Shown here in pieces: positions 28,650-38,038 of a stretch of DNA of 64,000 nucleotides. The position numbers and the translations under genes were made by a program. Positions within the stretch are counted from its first letter, which is position 1. The number at the start of each line of letters is the position of its first letter. Below the pieces are notes generated by a model. The model did not search any database. It was not told where the DNA came from and saw only the letters and a list, made by a program, of their open reading frames with translations. Origin of the DNA: a virus (Duplodnaviria > Heunggongvirae > Uroviricota > Caudoviricetes); the IMG/VR virus record IMGVR_UViG_3300043466_001354; one strand, 5' to 3'.

Positions 28650-29473
28650 TTAAAAAATAAACCTTCTTCGAAGTCTTTATAAATTAGTTTTTTAGATGCG
28701 CCTTCATAATGAATAAAGCTTGGAGACACCTCAATCATTTCCGATCCACTTCTAAAGAATGGCTTTTCGCTAAATTTTCTGCGATAGTTATACTTTCTTC
28801 CGATATGGAATGGAAGTAGAGTATATAAGTTCACAATGTAGTGAAAGAAATTTTCATCTGAAGCTGTTTTGTTCTTTAGATAAATTACGTTTTCAGAATG
28901 CTTTTCTTCCCAATGCTCCCACCATTTGCCCTTTGAAAATTTCTCAAGTATATGAGTTTCAGATGGAGTTCCTCTGCATGGATAGTTACCAGAAAATATA
29001 TCCATGTTATATAGTTTTCCATGTCCGTTCTTTAAATTTCTATTTGTGTTATTAAACAGTATGACACCAGAATTTATCTTTCCGAGCGAGCTGCTATCCC
29101 TATGAATATATCTATCAGCGACATTATCAAAGTAACCGACGAGTCCGCTATGCATAAATTCTTCAAAGATGTTATCGGCATTTTGGTGTATGATCACGTC
29201 GGTGTCTACGTATAGAACCTGATCGTAATCCTTTAGATGTTGAACTGCTCTATACTTATCAAAGGTCTCAACGCCAAATGCCCAAGGTTTATATTCCTCT
29301 TCACTTAGGAACTCAAACTTATAGTCGATACCATATCTCTCACAGTATGCTTTTGCAAAAGTTGTGCTATGTTTCCAGTATTCTCCAACCGAAACTCGAT
29401 CAAAGCTTTCGCCGAAAACATTCTTACTTCTATCTTTAAAGTCGACGTGAAACTGGTACAGTAATCTCTTCAA
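28646..29473 (-). CDS. Glycosyltransferase family 8-like
   Basis: DTD (DxD) and NSGVILFN resemble GT8 LgtC/glycogenin motifs. Confidence 0.45.
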   Translation of the reverse strand: MKRLLYQFHVDFKDRSKNVFGESFDRVSVGEYWKHSTTFAKAYCERYGIDYKFEFLSEEEYKPWAFGVETFDKYRAVQHLKDYDQVLYVDTDVIIHQNADNIFEEFMHSGLVGYFDNVADRYIHRDSSSLGKINSGVILFNNTNRNLKNGHGKLYNMDIFSGNYPCRGTPSETHILEKFSKGKWWEHWEEKHSENVIYLKNKTASDENFFHYIVNLYTLLPFHIGRKYNYRRKFSEKPFFRSGSEMIEVSPSFIHYEGASKKLIYKDFEEGLFFK

Positions 29474-29476
29474 TAT

Positions 29477-29821
29477 CTATCTTCTCATACTCGCTGCATC
29501 AACCGCAGCCTGTTTATTGTCTTTACGAATAGGAACCATGTTGGACTTGTGCGTGGTCGCAATGCCGAGGATCTCATTGCCTGTGTACTTAACGCTAGCT
29601 TTCTTTGCGCCGTTGGCGGCAACAACATCGCTTGTGACTCGAGGGCCAGTGTTGTAGTCCGGAATCTCGTAACGGTAGTCCTTTGAGTTTCCTTTATAGC
29701 CAGCACGAGCAAGAAACCGAGCGTGTTCCGCTTCGGCTTCGATCATACGCTTCGTTTTGGTCTTTGGCTTTCTCTTACGAGTGTTGAGGGAAGTCATCCC
29801 TCGAATCAAATGCATAGTCAT
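29477..29821 (-). CDS. Hypothetical basic protein
   Basis: 114-aa ORF. Confidence 0.4.
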   Translation of the reverse strand: MTMHLIRGMTSLNTRKRKPKTKTKRMIEAEAEHARFLARAGYKGNSKDYRYEIPDYNTGPRVTSDVVAANGAKKASVKYTGNEILGIATTHKSNMVPIRKDNKQAAVDAASMRR

Positions 29822-30075
29822 TATTGGATCTTCTTCAGTTCAATATCCAGCTCTTGGCCGGTCCATACCATCATGTAGTACATGACCTTTTCAAGGTCAA
29901 CAAGTTTTTCTTCAAGAAATTCGCACGGATCAAAGACGTTTGATATATCGATGCATTCTGCTTCAAAGTCAAAGCTGAGTGCTTCCGATAGAGTTAGATG
30001 ATAGTCCCTCATAAGAGTAACAAGATGAATCTCATAGTCAGAAGCTTCTGTCTTGGTAGCCATGTCTATCTCCAT
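29821..30075 (-). CDS. Hypothetical early protein
   Basis: 84-aa ORF directly downstream of a promoter cassette. Confidence 0.45.
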   Translation of the reverse strand: MEIDMATKTEASDYEIHLVTLMRDYHLTLSEALSFDFEAECIDISNVFDPCEFLEEKLVDLEKVMYYMMVWTGQELDIELKKIQ

Positions 30076-30087
30076 ATGATATTTACT

Positions 30088-30116
30088 AGAGTATACTGAT
30101 TCTATCAGAATGTCAA
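30088..30116 (-). promoter_or_regulatory. Early promoter cassette, diverged copy (TTGACA-17-TACTCT)
   Basis: tactgattctatcagaatgtcaact core. Confidence 0.5.
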
Positions 30117-30117
30117 C

Positions 30118-30369
30118 TCAAAAAGCTGACTGGCCGTAATTTCCTAGTGTATCTTCGATCTCTTTTACGAATTCCGAGTATCCTCCGATGTGTCTCTCAT
30201 CCCACCAGATCTGCGGAACCGTCTTTACTTCTGGATAACGTTCAAACATTTCATCGCGGTTATCTGTAAACCCGGTATTCTTGTATTCGTACTTTAAGTC
30301 GTATTGCTCGGCGATCTTTTTTGCTTCTTGGCACCAGTGGCAGTTGTCCTTACCGTATATTGTAATCAT
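30118..30369 (-). CDS. nrdC: Glutaredoxin (NrdC-like)
   Basis: 83 aa with CHWC active site and thioredoxin-fold hallmarks (TVPQIW..GG). Confidence 0.8.
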   Translation of the reverse strand: MITIYGKDNCHWCQEAKKIAEQYDLKYEYKNTGFTDNRDEMFERYPEVKTVPQIWWDERHIGGYSEFVKEIEDTLGNYGQSAF

Positions 30370-30406
30370 TTATGCTCCAATCCTATTGAAATACCTAACT
30401 TATTTA

Positions 30407-30580
30407 TCAGTCCGACCAGTTAAAAAATCCTTCGACGAATGCCCATAGTACAAAGAGAGGAAGGATTAAAAAGAATAGCGCTAGCGCTAACCAAAAATTT
30501 TTTGAAAACACGATGATCGCGCCACGAATGAATGTAGCTACGAGCAATAACACAATGCCTAGAACAACAAATTCATTCAT
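30407..30580 (-). CDS. Small membrane protein (57 aa; below the ORF-track cutoff)
   Basis: MNEFVVLGIVLLLVATFIRG..., two predicted TM helices. Confidence 0.35.
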   Translation of the reverse strand: MNEFVVLGIVLLLVATFIRGAIIVFSKNFWLALALFFLILPLFVLWAFVEGFFNWSD

Positions 30581-30782
30581 ATTTTTCTCGTATCTCTTTT
30601 AGTTTTTCATTATCAATCCGATAGTCGGATACTTGCTTTACGATAGTAAGCAACCAAAGAATATCATTCAGCATCTCTGCTTCAGTTATCTTCGTCTTCA
30701 TCATATACCCATTCTTGAGCTTCGTCAATAAAACCATCATCGTGCATTGCTTCAAAGATATCATCCACCATGAAATCCTCAC
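30573..30782 (-). CDS. Hypothetical protein
   Basis: 69-aa ORF. Confidence 0.3.
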   Translation of the reverse strand: MRISWWMISLKQCTMMVLLTKLKNGYMMKTKITEAEMLNDILWLLTIVKQVSDYRIDNEKLKEIREKYE

Positions 30783-31029
30783 CCTCGATTAGCATCATAC
30801 ACCATTTTGCATATTCTTGCTTCGTTGCCATATCGCCCTCTTATTCTAAAGTTACTTTCTTACAACCTTGCGCTCTTCGTGAAATTTCACGAAGAGCTTT
30901 TTGCAGATTTACTTAGTTGTTCTAAAACTCTCGTCAGGATCTCTCTGTCGTGATGAGAGCCAGTTCTTCTTATGAGATCTTCTAGTTCCTGTACCAAAGA
31001 CATGCAATCACTCCCATCCTATTAAAGAA

Positions 31030-31263
31030 CTATTTATTTTGTTTCCAATAGGGATGTTCAAGAATATATTCGGCACATAGCATAAAGATGATGTCTTCTT
31101 CTACGTCTTCTTTTGAAGACAGATGAAACACCACGCTTCGGTCCATGCTTTGTGGTTTTTCAATACCTACAACGAGCTTATCCTTAAAGGATGGATTGAT
31201 GCTGCGAAGGAACTTTGTAACTGAAACAAGGTCGCTAATTGCTACATCTACAAATTCGACCAT
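31030..31263 (-). CDS. Hypothetical protein
   Basis: 77-aa ORF. Confidence 0.4.
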   Translation of the reverse strand: MVEFVDVAISDLVSVTKFLRSINPSFKDKLVVGIEKPQSMDRSVVFHLSSKEDVEEDIIFMLCAEYILEHPYWKQNK

Positions 31264-31266
31264 CTT

Positions 31267-31509
31267 TCAATTCTCTTTAGCGTATTTTTCATCGATGCCG
31301 AGCTCTTCCATCTCGCAGCTCACGGCGAATTCATTCGTCGGAAACATGAACAAAGTTTGCGGATCGATATTTTCCGGTTCCGCATAACTCTGCTCAAGGT
31401 CTAACGTCATCGTTCGCGTGAGTGACAAACACTCGTCGGCAGTTTGACCTTCATAGCCAAGCTGCATCACGACCGCACCAGAGTACCATAGTGTAGCCCA
31501 ATAAGTCAT
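31267..31509 (-). CDS. Hypothetical protein
   Basis: 80-aa ORF with TAATG-type coupling to the RNA ligase gene. Confidence 0.4.
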   Translation of the reverse strand: MTYWATLWYSGAVVMQLGYEGQTADECLSLTRTMTLDLEQSYAEPENIDPQTLFMFPTNEFAVSCEMEELGIDEKYAKEN

Positions 31510-32652
31510 TTACTTCATTCCCATCCAAGTTGCGCATTCATCCCACTTGACGTTAGACGACAATTGCTTTTCGATATGATCAAGGATCATCTCGCGACCG
31601 TCACGGCCAGCGAAACGCCCAAACACATAGTTAGGAGCGAATGAGTCGTTGTCCTTGATGGACGGCATCCACTCCAAAGCGTAACGCTTGCGGTCGAGAC
31701 CGCTTGCGACCACGGTGTTCCAGTAGCGATCGTAGATTTCTACGACAGCATGAAGCCGCTCTGCAAAACGAACCTCAAAGTTACGAACACGGTTTGCCTG
31801 AATGACAGGTAGCATCGGCATCACGTCGTCCATTTCCTCGTTGAGGATAAGAGCAACGATGTTACGGTCGAACACGATACGATCCACAGTCTTGTGGATA
31901 CGCACATACCAATCATTCTTGACCTTAACCATATGGCCATCAGCAAAACGAATGATGTCACCCTCACGACCTTCTGCACCGCGCTGACGGCTAATGTAGT
32001 CAGCAAGGTTGCCTTCTACACTACCATAACGAGGAACAGTGGAGAACGGACAAGACTTATCCATTACATACGCACCGGTTGCGTTGTCACGAGTACCAAG
32101 ATACACGAGGTCTGCTTCTTCGTATGCCAACACGATCTGGTTGAACGGGCTTACCCACTCAAAGATCGGAGTCACCGAGTCGTGTACACACTGACGAAGC
32201 CATTCGTTCAACGAAGGGTCCTGAGCAGCAAGCCAGGTCTCAGCCTGCATAGCCACTTCAGTCACGCCCATCTTGGTAGCAAGACGAAGGTAACCATCGA
32301 CCAAGATAGGACGGATCATCGAACCATCGAGCTTTTCCATGATCACGTGATCAAACAAAACACTGAGATCCAACCGATGTGCTTGAGTCTCTTCACGTTC
32401 GTTCACGTTGAAGAACTTGTGAAACGGGCGGCTCATCAGGTTACCATCAGCATCAAAGATAAGACCACGGCATTCACGGCGGATCGCGCCACCAAGGTCA
32501 TCGGGGCCAGTCATATCAAAGGTGTCAGCCATCGCCACCACATAGTTGACGATGGTATACCCTTCACGTTCTGCCACAACGAACTCAGGACGACCTTCGA
32601 TGTGAGGAAGGACGTCTTCGATGGTGCGTATGATAGGAAAGGCGTAGTGCAT
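31510..32652 (-). CDS. rnlA: RNA ligase 1 (T4 RnlA-like)
   Basis: Nucleotidyltransferase motif I EKLDGSMI (KxDG); 380 aa versus 374 aa for T4 Rnl1. Confidence 0.65.
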   Translation of the reverse strand: MHYAFPIIRTIEDVLPHIEGRPEFVVAEREGYTIVNYVVAMADTFDMTGPDDLGGAIRRECRGLIFDADGNLMSRPFHKFFNVNEREETQAHRLDLSVLFDHVIMEKLDGSMIRPILVDGYLRLATKMGVTEVAMQAETWLAAQDPSLNEWLRQCVHDSVTPIFEWVSPFNQIVLAYEEADLVYLGTRDNATGAYVMDKSCPFSTVPRYGSVEGNLADYISRQRGAEGREGDIIRFADGHMVKVKNDWYVRIHKTVDRIVFDRNIVALILNEEMDDVMPMLPVIQANRVRNFEVRFAERLHAVVEIYDRYWNTVVASGLDRKRYALEWMPSIKDNDSFAPNYVFGRFAGRDGREMILDHIEKQLSSNVKWDECATWMGMK

Positions 32653-32954
32653 TAGGTGTTCCTTTTTCGACTCGATAGATACTCTGTCATCTCAAGAGTG
32701 AGTTCACGAATTCGTGGCTTTACCGAAGCGTCATTATCTTGAACGAGTTTCTTCATAAGCTTCTCTCGTTCGCGGCGGAGGTCTCCAAATTTAGAACCAA
32801 TCCAGAGACCATTCGCCACTTCGTATTGTTTTTCGTCAGTCATTTTTAATCTTTGCTTTGCGCCATACACGATACCGATAGACAAACAAACCCAACACGA
32901 TGGCACCATCTGCATAGCTGTAACCATCAGTGACTTCTTCAAAATCTTCGGCAC
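32652..32954 (-). CDS. Hypothetical protein
   Basis: 100-aa ORF. Confidence 0.4.
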   Translation of the reverse strand: MPKILKKSLMVTAMQMVPSCWVCLSIGIVYGAKQRLKMTDEKQYEVANGLWIGSKFGDLRREREKLMKKLVQDNDASVKPRIRELTLEMTEYLSSRKRNT

Positions 32955-33165
32955 GATACCAATGAAAACCGGACCACTTAATCCGAAGGAAGCCTACTCT
33001 TTCAATACTACTTCGGCTTGGGCAGGCACGACCCTGGTTGCAGTCACTGTTACACGAAGAACAAGTCATTCTGCTTTTCCTAGCACAAGATCTTCGATTG
33101 CACCGTACACAACGAGTACGATAAGAAAGACGACGGGGATCATTACAGCGGTCATTAGAAGTCAC
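32836..33165 (-). CDS. Hypothetical Cys-rich protein (start uncertain)
   Basis: Multiple CxxC pairs; overlaps its upstream neighbour extensively. Confidence 0.25.
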   Translation of the reverse strand: MTSNDRCNDPRRLSYRTRCVRCNRRSCARKSRMTCSSCNSDCNQGRACPSRSSIERVGFLRIKWSGFHWYRAEDFEEVTDGYSYADGAIVLGLFVYRYRVWRKAKIKND

Positions 33166-33360
33166 TCCAGTTCATTGCCATACCGACATTCGTTTCGGCG
33201 TTACGCTTAGCAGCTTCGAAGTCCACGAAAGGACCGGCTGAGGTGAAGTTGTCGAGCAGACGACCCTCGGGGGTAAAGACCATGTAACCTTTGAAAGTCT
33301 TATGGATCATAACCGGCTTGATGGAGTTGGTAGCTTCGTTGTGTTCGTTGAAGGTCATCA
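33155..33360 (-). CDS. Hypothetical early protein (ORF-track start trimmed to the first ATG after the promoter)
   Basis: The promoter cassette at 33369-33425 lies inside the longer track ORF; ATGATG start at 33360. Confidence 0.45.
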
Positions 33361-33391
33361 TGGTCAGTTTCCTTTCGTTCCTTACATTATT

Positions 33392-33420
33392 AGAATACAC
33401 TGATTCTAAACGAATGTAAA
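33392..33420 (-). promoter_or_regulatory. Early promoter cassette (TTTACA-17-TATTCT) with an upstream GGAAAGTGCACT extension
   Basis: About 68 bp that is 97% identical to the copy at 35779-35847. Confidence 0.6.
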
Positions 33421-33446
33421 TAGGAAAGTGCACTGACCACGATTTT

Positions 33447-33758
33447 TTAGGAAATATTTTTCCAATTGCGAACGTATTCGACCTTCTTCTCACGAGTCCA
33501 ATCTTTAAGATAGTCGTTGTCAGCGTCGAACTTCTCGAGCATCTGTTCTTCGGTGAGAATCTCCGAGTCGATGATAGTCTCGCCAACGTGCTTCTGAGAA
33601 AACTCTACTACCTCGTCACAGGTAACACAGTCTTCAGCCCATTCGATCTCACGTCCTTCGACAGGAACTTCAACGTTCAATTCCTGCAGTTCATCTACAG
33701 GAATACAATACCGCATACGGTAAGACGAGATAGCAGTTACGATTACATATTTGGTCAT
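33447..33758 (-). CDS. Hypothetical protein
   Basis: 103-aa acidic ORF. Confidence 0.45.
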   Translation of the reverse strand: MTKYVIVTAISSYRMRYCIPVDELQELNVEVPVEGREIEWAEDCVTCDEVVEFSQKHVGETIIDSEILTEEQMLEKFDADNDYLKDWTREKKVEYVRNWKNIS

Positions 33759-34120
33759 TTAATTAAATTACTCCAAGTTTTAAGTTTATTTCGCTTTACA
33801 TCTACTCTATCATCTAATTCATCATTAGTCAAGACGCCGTGTTCTACCATTAGTTTAATCATACAAAGCACATCACCTGCTTCTTCAACTAGTTGATACC
33901 TATATTTGTCTTTAGACATATCTTCCATGTTATCATACTTACGCATAATTTTCATGCAGACTTGAGTTAATTCGCCCGATTCTTCTGCTGTAATTGCCAT
34001 TAACTGTTGGAAGGCATTAATTGGAGATTTTAGTTCTTCGTTACTTACCATGTCTTCTTTCCCGCAATCTCGCCCAGCGTGGTGCGGGCCATATCTCTTG
34101 CATACGTGTCTTCTCCCCAA
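33755..34120 (-). CDS. mazG: MazG-like nucleotide pyrophosphohydrolase
   Basis: All-alpha NTP-PPase motifs EESGEL ... EEAGDVL; the true start is probably an internal Met. Confidence 0.55.
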   Translation of the reverse strand: MGRRHVCKRYGPHHAGRDCGKEDMVSNEELKSPINAFQQLMAITAEESGELTQVCMKIMRKYDNMEDMSKDKYRYQLVEEAGDVLCMIKLMVEHGVLTNDELDDRVDVKRNKLKTWSNLIK

Positions 34121-34314
34121 ACATAGATTGCATTAAGACCCCCGACGGCCTTCGCCAGATTGTCCTCTAGTTCTTCGATGCGGTCGGCGGCTTCGAGAGC
34201 ATCTTCATCTTTCCACTCAATCCGCTTGTACCCGTCAATAGACTCAAACTCTTGCCGCTTCCGCAGCCGCTTCACCAGTTCTTCGTCAGTCATTTTACTT
34301 CCTTTGCAATACAA
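34045..34314 (-). CDS. Hypothetical protein
   Basis: 89-aa ORF overlapping the mazG 5' region. Confidence 0.3.
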   Translation of the reverse strand: MYCKGSKMTDEELVKRLRKRQEFESIDGYKRIEWKDEDALEAADRIEELEDNLAKAVGGLNAIYVWGEDTYARDMARTTLGEIAGKKTW

Positions 34315-34617
34315 TATCCTTCCAAGGCGCGCACCGGCTCAAGCTGTGTAATAGCAGATTTGCAAGAATCATAATTAGGGAATTCCAGTGTTGTAATAGC
34401 AGCTCCGTTATAAGAGCTGATTAGAATAAGAATATATGCGCCTGCTGTGTCAATCATTTGCTCACCTTTGTAACTGCCTTACGCAGCTCTCCACCTTCAA
34501 AGTTATCCATTGCCAGATAGTGTTTCAGTTTAGCATTATCTGGATCCACTCGATGCAACTCCTGTGCAAGAGTTTCGATTAGATCGTAGTCCAGTTGAGT
34601 TTTGATATGTTTACCCA

Positions 34618-35064
34618 TTAGAAGTCCTCCTCACCTTGATAGACGTTAAACACAAAGATACCAGCATCACGCCACATGCGAACCACGCGAGGACGATCGT
34701 CAAACACCATGTCTGGCTTCTTACCAAAGTCAGAGATGATTTGATCCAGCATTTCACGCTTTACAATATCATCACCACGGAAGTCATCTGCGGGACGCAT
34801 GTAGAGCTTGTCCCACGTATGCAGGTTGTTCTTAGTCAACCATGCGACTGTGGCTTCACGACTGCGCTCGTTGCGACCGCTCGCTAGGACAATGGTGTTC
34901 CTAGCAGCACTTAGAGAGTGAAAGGCTTCCGCAACAAATCGGTTCACTTTATCATTCGGAATGCCAGCATCAAATGCAGCCCAGTTCTTAGGCTTGCTAC
35001 GAACATAGTCCAAACGATGCTCGATGTTAGCGAGTGTTCCGTCCAAGTCAAATACGATTAGCAT
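34618..35064 (-). CDS. Polynucleotide 3'-phosphatase (HAD domain of T4 Pnk/PseT-like)
   Basis: IVFDLDGTLA (DxDGT), VLASGR, DDR, VVRMWR parallel the T4 Pnk phosphatase domain. Confidence 0.7.
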   Translation of the reverse strand: MLIVFDLDGTLANIEHRLDYVRSKPKNWAAFDAGIPNDKVNRFVAEAFHSLSAARNTIVLASGRNERSREATVAWLTKNNLHTWDKLYMRPADDFRGDDIVKREMLDQIISDFGKKPDMVFDDRPRVVRMWRDAGIFVFNVYQGEEDF

Positions 35065-35413
35065 TTATAATCCTCAGATAGTTGTTCAGCAAGCCTTCGA
35101 TGTTTGCTTTGCCGATAGGGTTTTGTGAGTGGACGTAGAAGTCAAAGTTGTCTGGAAGCGGGTAGCGCTTATCATTCATATCCCAATACATAATACGTTT
35201 AGCGACATCGTGACCGGTGGGTTCATCTTGACCAAGATCGTGATCAAATGAAATATATGATGGCATTCCTCTCGTCCTAACAGCTATAACAACTTCATAA
35301 AAATTGCGGCAGATCACCCACTCTTCGTTACGATACTTCTCGCGAACCTGCCAAGGTGCCCAAGTGGCATCCTCGAGGTTACGTTCGTCATCAAGAAACA
35401 GGTTCCAAGTCAT
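35048..35413 (-). CDS. Hypothetical protein
   Basis: 121-aa ORF. Confidence 0.4.
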   Translation of the reverse strand: MTWNLFLDDERNLEDATWAPWQVREKYRNEEWVICRNFYEVVIAVRTRGMPSYISFDHDLGQDEPTGHDVAKRIMYWDMNDKRYPLPDNFDFYVHSQNPIGKANIEGLLNNYLRIINANRI

Positions 35414-35414
35414 C

Positions 35415-35576
35415 TTAGATCACCTTTGCGATTTCAATAAAAACATAGTACTCTTTGTCGAGACCTTCAACGATCTTTTCGACCTCTTCTTTTGTGTCTG
35501 CTCTAAACATGTCGTAAGACTCGAGTCGATCGCCGTAACGATCGAACTCTTCGTAGTGTGCGTAGACCTTGTACAT
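35415..35576 (-). CDS. Hypothetical small protein (start moved to an internal Met)
   Basis: The track ORF 35415..35708 overlaps 35587..35772; only the MYKVYAHY... segment is non-overlapping. Confidence 0.3.
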   Translation of the reverse strand: MYKVYAHYEEFDRYGDRLESYDMFRADTKEEVEKIVEGLDKEYYVFIEIAKVI

Positions 35577-35586
35577 CTGATTCTCC

Positions 35587-35772
35587 TTAGAAGCGATATT
35601 CTGCAGGTGCATCAACTGCGACTTCACGAACAACGAACTGCTCATAAGATGGCAGATCACGTTCAGCATCAACCAGATACTGTTGCGAAGCAGCTTCTGC
35701 GAGTTCACGAGACGAGTATACGCCTAGAAGGGTTTCACCTTCGTAGTCAGCAGCAAGAGTGAGTACAAACAT
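35587..35772 (-). CDS. Hypothetical early protein
   Basis: 61-aa ORF directly downstream of a promoter cassette. Confidence 0.45.
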   Translation of the reverse strand: MFVLTLAADYEGETLLGVYSSRELAEAASQQYLVDAERDLPSYEQFVVREVAVDAPAEYRF

Positions 35773-35801
35773 CGGATGTTCCTTTCGTTCCTTACATTAT
35801 T

Positions 35802-35830
35802 AGAATATACTGATTCTAAATGAATGTAAA
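35802..35830 (-). promoter_or_regulatory. Early promoter cassette (TTTACA-17-TATTCT)
   Basis: Near-identical to the 33369-33437 copy. Confidence 0.6.
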
Positions 35831-35853
35831 TAGGAAAGTGCACTCTTTTTCAT

Positions 35854-36978
35854 TTAATCTTCTCTTTTTCCAAAGCCCCAATCGATTACGACTGGAAACC
35901 GAGGAACGCCATCCGGAGTCGGAGTGAAGTAGCGAAGAGTAACCCAATCGGGTTTCTTGCCTGCATCCCAGAGAGCACGTAGAGTGTCCATGTCACCACG
36001 AACACCAGCTTGGAAGTCACGAGTATCATTCAGTTTCAAAACAAAATGTTTAGTGCATCCCTGCCAGTTTCCAATACCAGACATCATTTCCTTGACTTCG
36101 AACTCGTCGGTCAAGAACTCTTTACGCTTCAGCAAGTTTTTCGTACGCTTGTTCTCGTAACGACCATCGATGCGGATCATCTGACCTTCGTATCCATGTT
36201 CGAGATAACCCTCATACAGAGTATCGATCGACTGCGGATCGTTGACCTGCATGGTCGGAACCATCTTTACGAATTCGTTCGAAGCTTCGTAGCGCAACAG
36301 CTCACGCTTACGGAACGGCAGATCCGGACTATCAGTCACATAGACGTCATAGACGTGATACTGCACGAGTTCCTTCGATTTCATGATGTCTTCGGGCTTC
36401 GGTTTTGTCTTACGAACCATCGAGGTGATGGTGTTGAAGTCATCCTTCAGCTCGTGATTATAGAGTTCGCCGTCAAGAATTAAGTTTGGATTCTTTTCAA
36501 AATAAGACTGCAGCGACTCCCAGACGTGAGGAACAGCGACGATTTCTTTTCCTGCGCGAGTCCATAGACCATCCTTACGAGCGATGCAACGAATGCCATC
36601 GAGCTTCGGTTGACTATAGATGTATCCCTTTGACCAGTTAACCGGAACCTCTTCATACTTCTCAGCCAACATCGGCTTGAACTTATCAAAGGTATGGATC
36701 ATATCGATGTTAGAGAAATAGCCAGTATCTTCTTTCTTCTGCATTTCAGATACCATCTCAGCGTTTGCTTGCGCTTCGAGAGACGTCTCGTTTGAGCGTC
36801 CGACGTTCTTTTGTTCAACGAAGGTCCATTCAGAAGTAATCTGTTTTCCGTCCTGAAGCCCTGAGATCGTCCGTAGACCCCATCGAGTTCCATCAGTGCC
36901 GGTCTCTGCTCGCCAGACTCGCGTCTTACCTTTTGTATCTACCTTATACAGGTTCTCAGTGCTTGTTTTAACTTCCAT
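35854..36978 (-). CDS. ATP-dependent DNA ligase
   Basis: Motif I PKLDGIRC (KxDGxR); size fits the adenylation plus OB domains. Confidence 0.7.
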   Translation of the reverse strand: MEVKTSTENLYKVDTKGKTRVWRAETGTDGTRWGLRTISGLQDGKQITSEWTFVEQKNVGRSNETSLEAQANAEMVSEMQKKEDTGYFSNIDMIHTFDKFKPMLAEKYEEVPVNWSKGYIYSQPKLDGIRCIARKDGLWTRAGKEIVAVPHVWESLQSYFEKNPNLILDGELYNHELKDDFNTITSMVRKTKPKPEDIMKSKELVQYHVYDVYVTDSPDLPFRKRELLRYEASNEFVKMVPTMQVNDPQSIDTLYEGYLEHGYEGQMIRIDGRYENKRTKNLLKRKEFLTDEFEVKEMMSGIGNWQGCTKHFVLKLNDTRDFQAGVRGDMDTLRALWDAGKKPDWVTLRYFTPTPDGVPRFPVVIDWGFGKRED

Positions 36979-37009
36979 AACGATTCTCCGAATTGGTTCA
37001 TACTTGTTC

Positions 37010-37038
37010 TGTATAAACTAGTTTTATGAGATTGTAAA
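37010..37038 (-). promoter_or_regulatory. Early promoter TTTACA-17-TATACA upstream of the DNA ligase
   Basis: Lies immediately downstream of the 37040-37068 terminator; GGAGAA RBS follows. Confidence 0.5.
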
Positions 37039-37039
37039 C

Positions 37040-37068
37040 AAAAAAGAGCGCCGAAGCGCTCTTTTTCT
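37040..37068. terminator. Bidirectional rho-independent terminator AAAAAGAGCGC-CGAA-GCGCTCTTTTT
   Basis: Perfect 7-bp GC stem with a GNRA-like loop, flanked by A-run and T-run. Confidence 0.8.
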
Positions 37069-37081
37069 TCATATTTTTATC

Positions 37082-38038
37082 TTACTGGGCTGGCTTAGCA
37101 ACAACGTCCATGAATGGAACAGTCGAGTCTGGGATCATAGTGGTAGGAAGAGCACCGTTCCACTTTTCAGCTTGAACTAGAGCAATCAAACCTGCGTTAT
37201 CCTTCAGAGCTTCTGCTTTCGCCTTAATCGCGCTTGCTTCTGCTTCACCTTGAATACGAGTTGCTTCTGCGGCCGCAACTGCTTGAGCTAGTTGAGCGTC
37301 GGCTTGTGCCTGTGCCTGAGTCACGACGATCTCAGCCTGAACCTTTTCACGTTCTGCGTTCTGCCGAACCTTTTGCACTTCGACTTCTGCAAGCATACGA
37401 GCTTCAATCGATTGTTCATAAGCATCAGAGAAGTCGATGTTCTCAATTTGAACCGACTCAACGATGATAGGACCAATTACAGCTTTCTGGATTGCCATCT
37501 GAACTTCTGCAGCAAGACGTTCACGTTCCTGAATAGCGGTTGCTGCGTTGAACTTACCAAAGACGTTCTTGACTTCTTCAAGAACCTGACGATCAAGCAA
37601 GCGAGAGATCACGCCAGCTTCGCCACCATATTCACGATAGATCGTCTCAACTTGATCTGCAGGGAAGCGATAGTTAACAGACAGGTTTAGACCCGCAGTC
37701 TGTTGATCACGAGAGTAAGCAAGGATGTTCTCGTACAACTGAGCCTGTGATTGAACAGAAATATCAACCACCTTTTCGATCAAAGGGATTTTAAATCCAA
37801 GACCTGGTTCTGCAGTACCAACCACGGCACCGTTACGAAGAGTTACACCACGGTAACCTTCATCAACAGTATACCACGATCCGCCAATTACAGTCAGTGC
37901 AGTAAGACCGACGACAGTAGCGATAGTTCCACCAACGATAGCATTCATTTTCATTTTCCTTTTACGTTCATTATATTGATTTAGTGCTGCTTCATACTCA
38001 GCTTTAGTGTTAAAGTCATAGCGATCAGGTTTAAACAT
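37082..38038 (-). CDS. SPFH/band-7 (prohibitin/HflC-like) membrane protein
   Basis: N-terminal TM, an SPFH-domain-like region, then an A/Q/E-rich coiled coil. Confidence 0.75.
   Translation of the reverse strand: MFKPDRYDFNTKAEYEAALNQYNERKRKMKMNAIVGGTIATVVGLTALTVIGGSWYTVDEGYRGVTLRNGAVVGTAEPGLGFKIPLIEKVVDISVQSQAQLYENILAYSRDQQTAGLNLSVNYRFPADQVETIYREYGGEAGVISRLLDRQVLEEVKNVFGKFNAATAIQERERLAAEVQMAIQKAVIGPIIVESVQIENIDFSDAYEQSIEARMLAEVEVQKVRQNAEREKVQAEIVVTQAQAQADAQLAQAVAAAEATRIQGEAEASAIKAKAEALKDNAGLIALVQAEKWNGALPTTMIPDSTVPFMDVVAKPAQ

Noticed and set aside
31894-32655. 253-aa plus-strand ORF
   Set aside because: It is antisense to the RNA ligase gene, which has a clear KxDG motif. It is a shadow ORF.
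36010-36483. 157-aa plus-strand ORF
   Set aside because: It is antisense to the DNA ligase gene.
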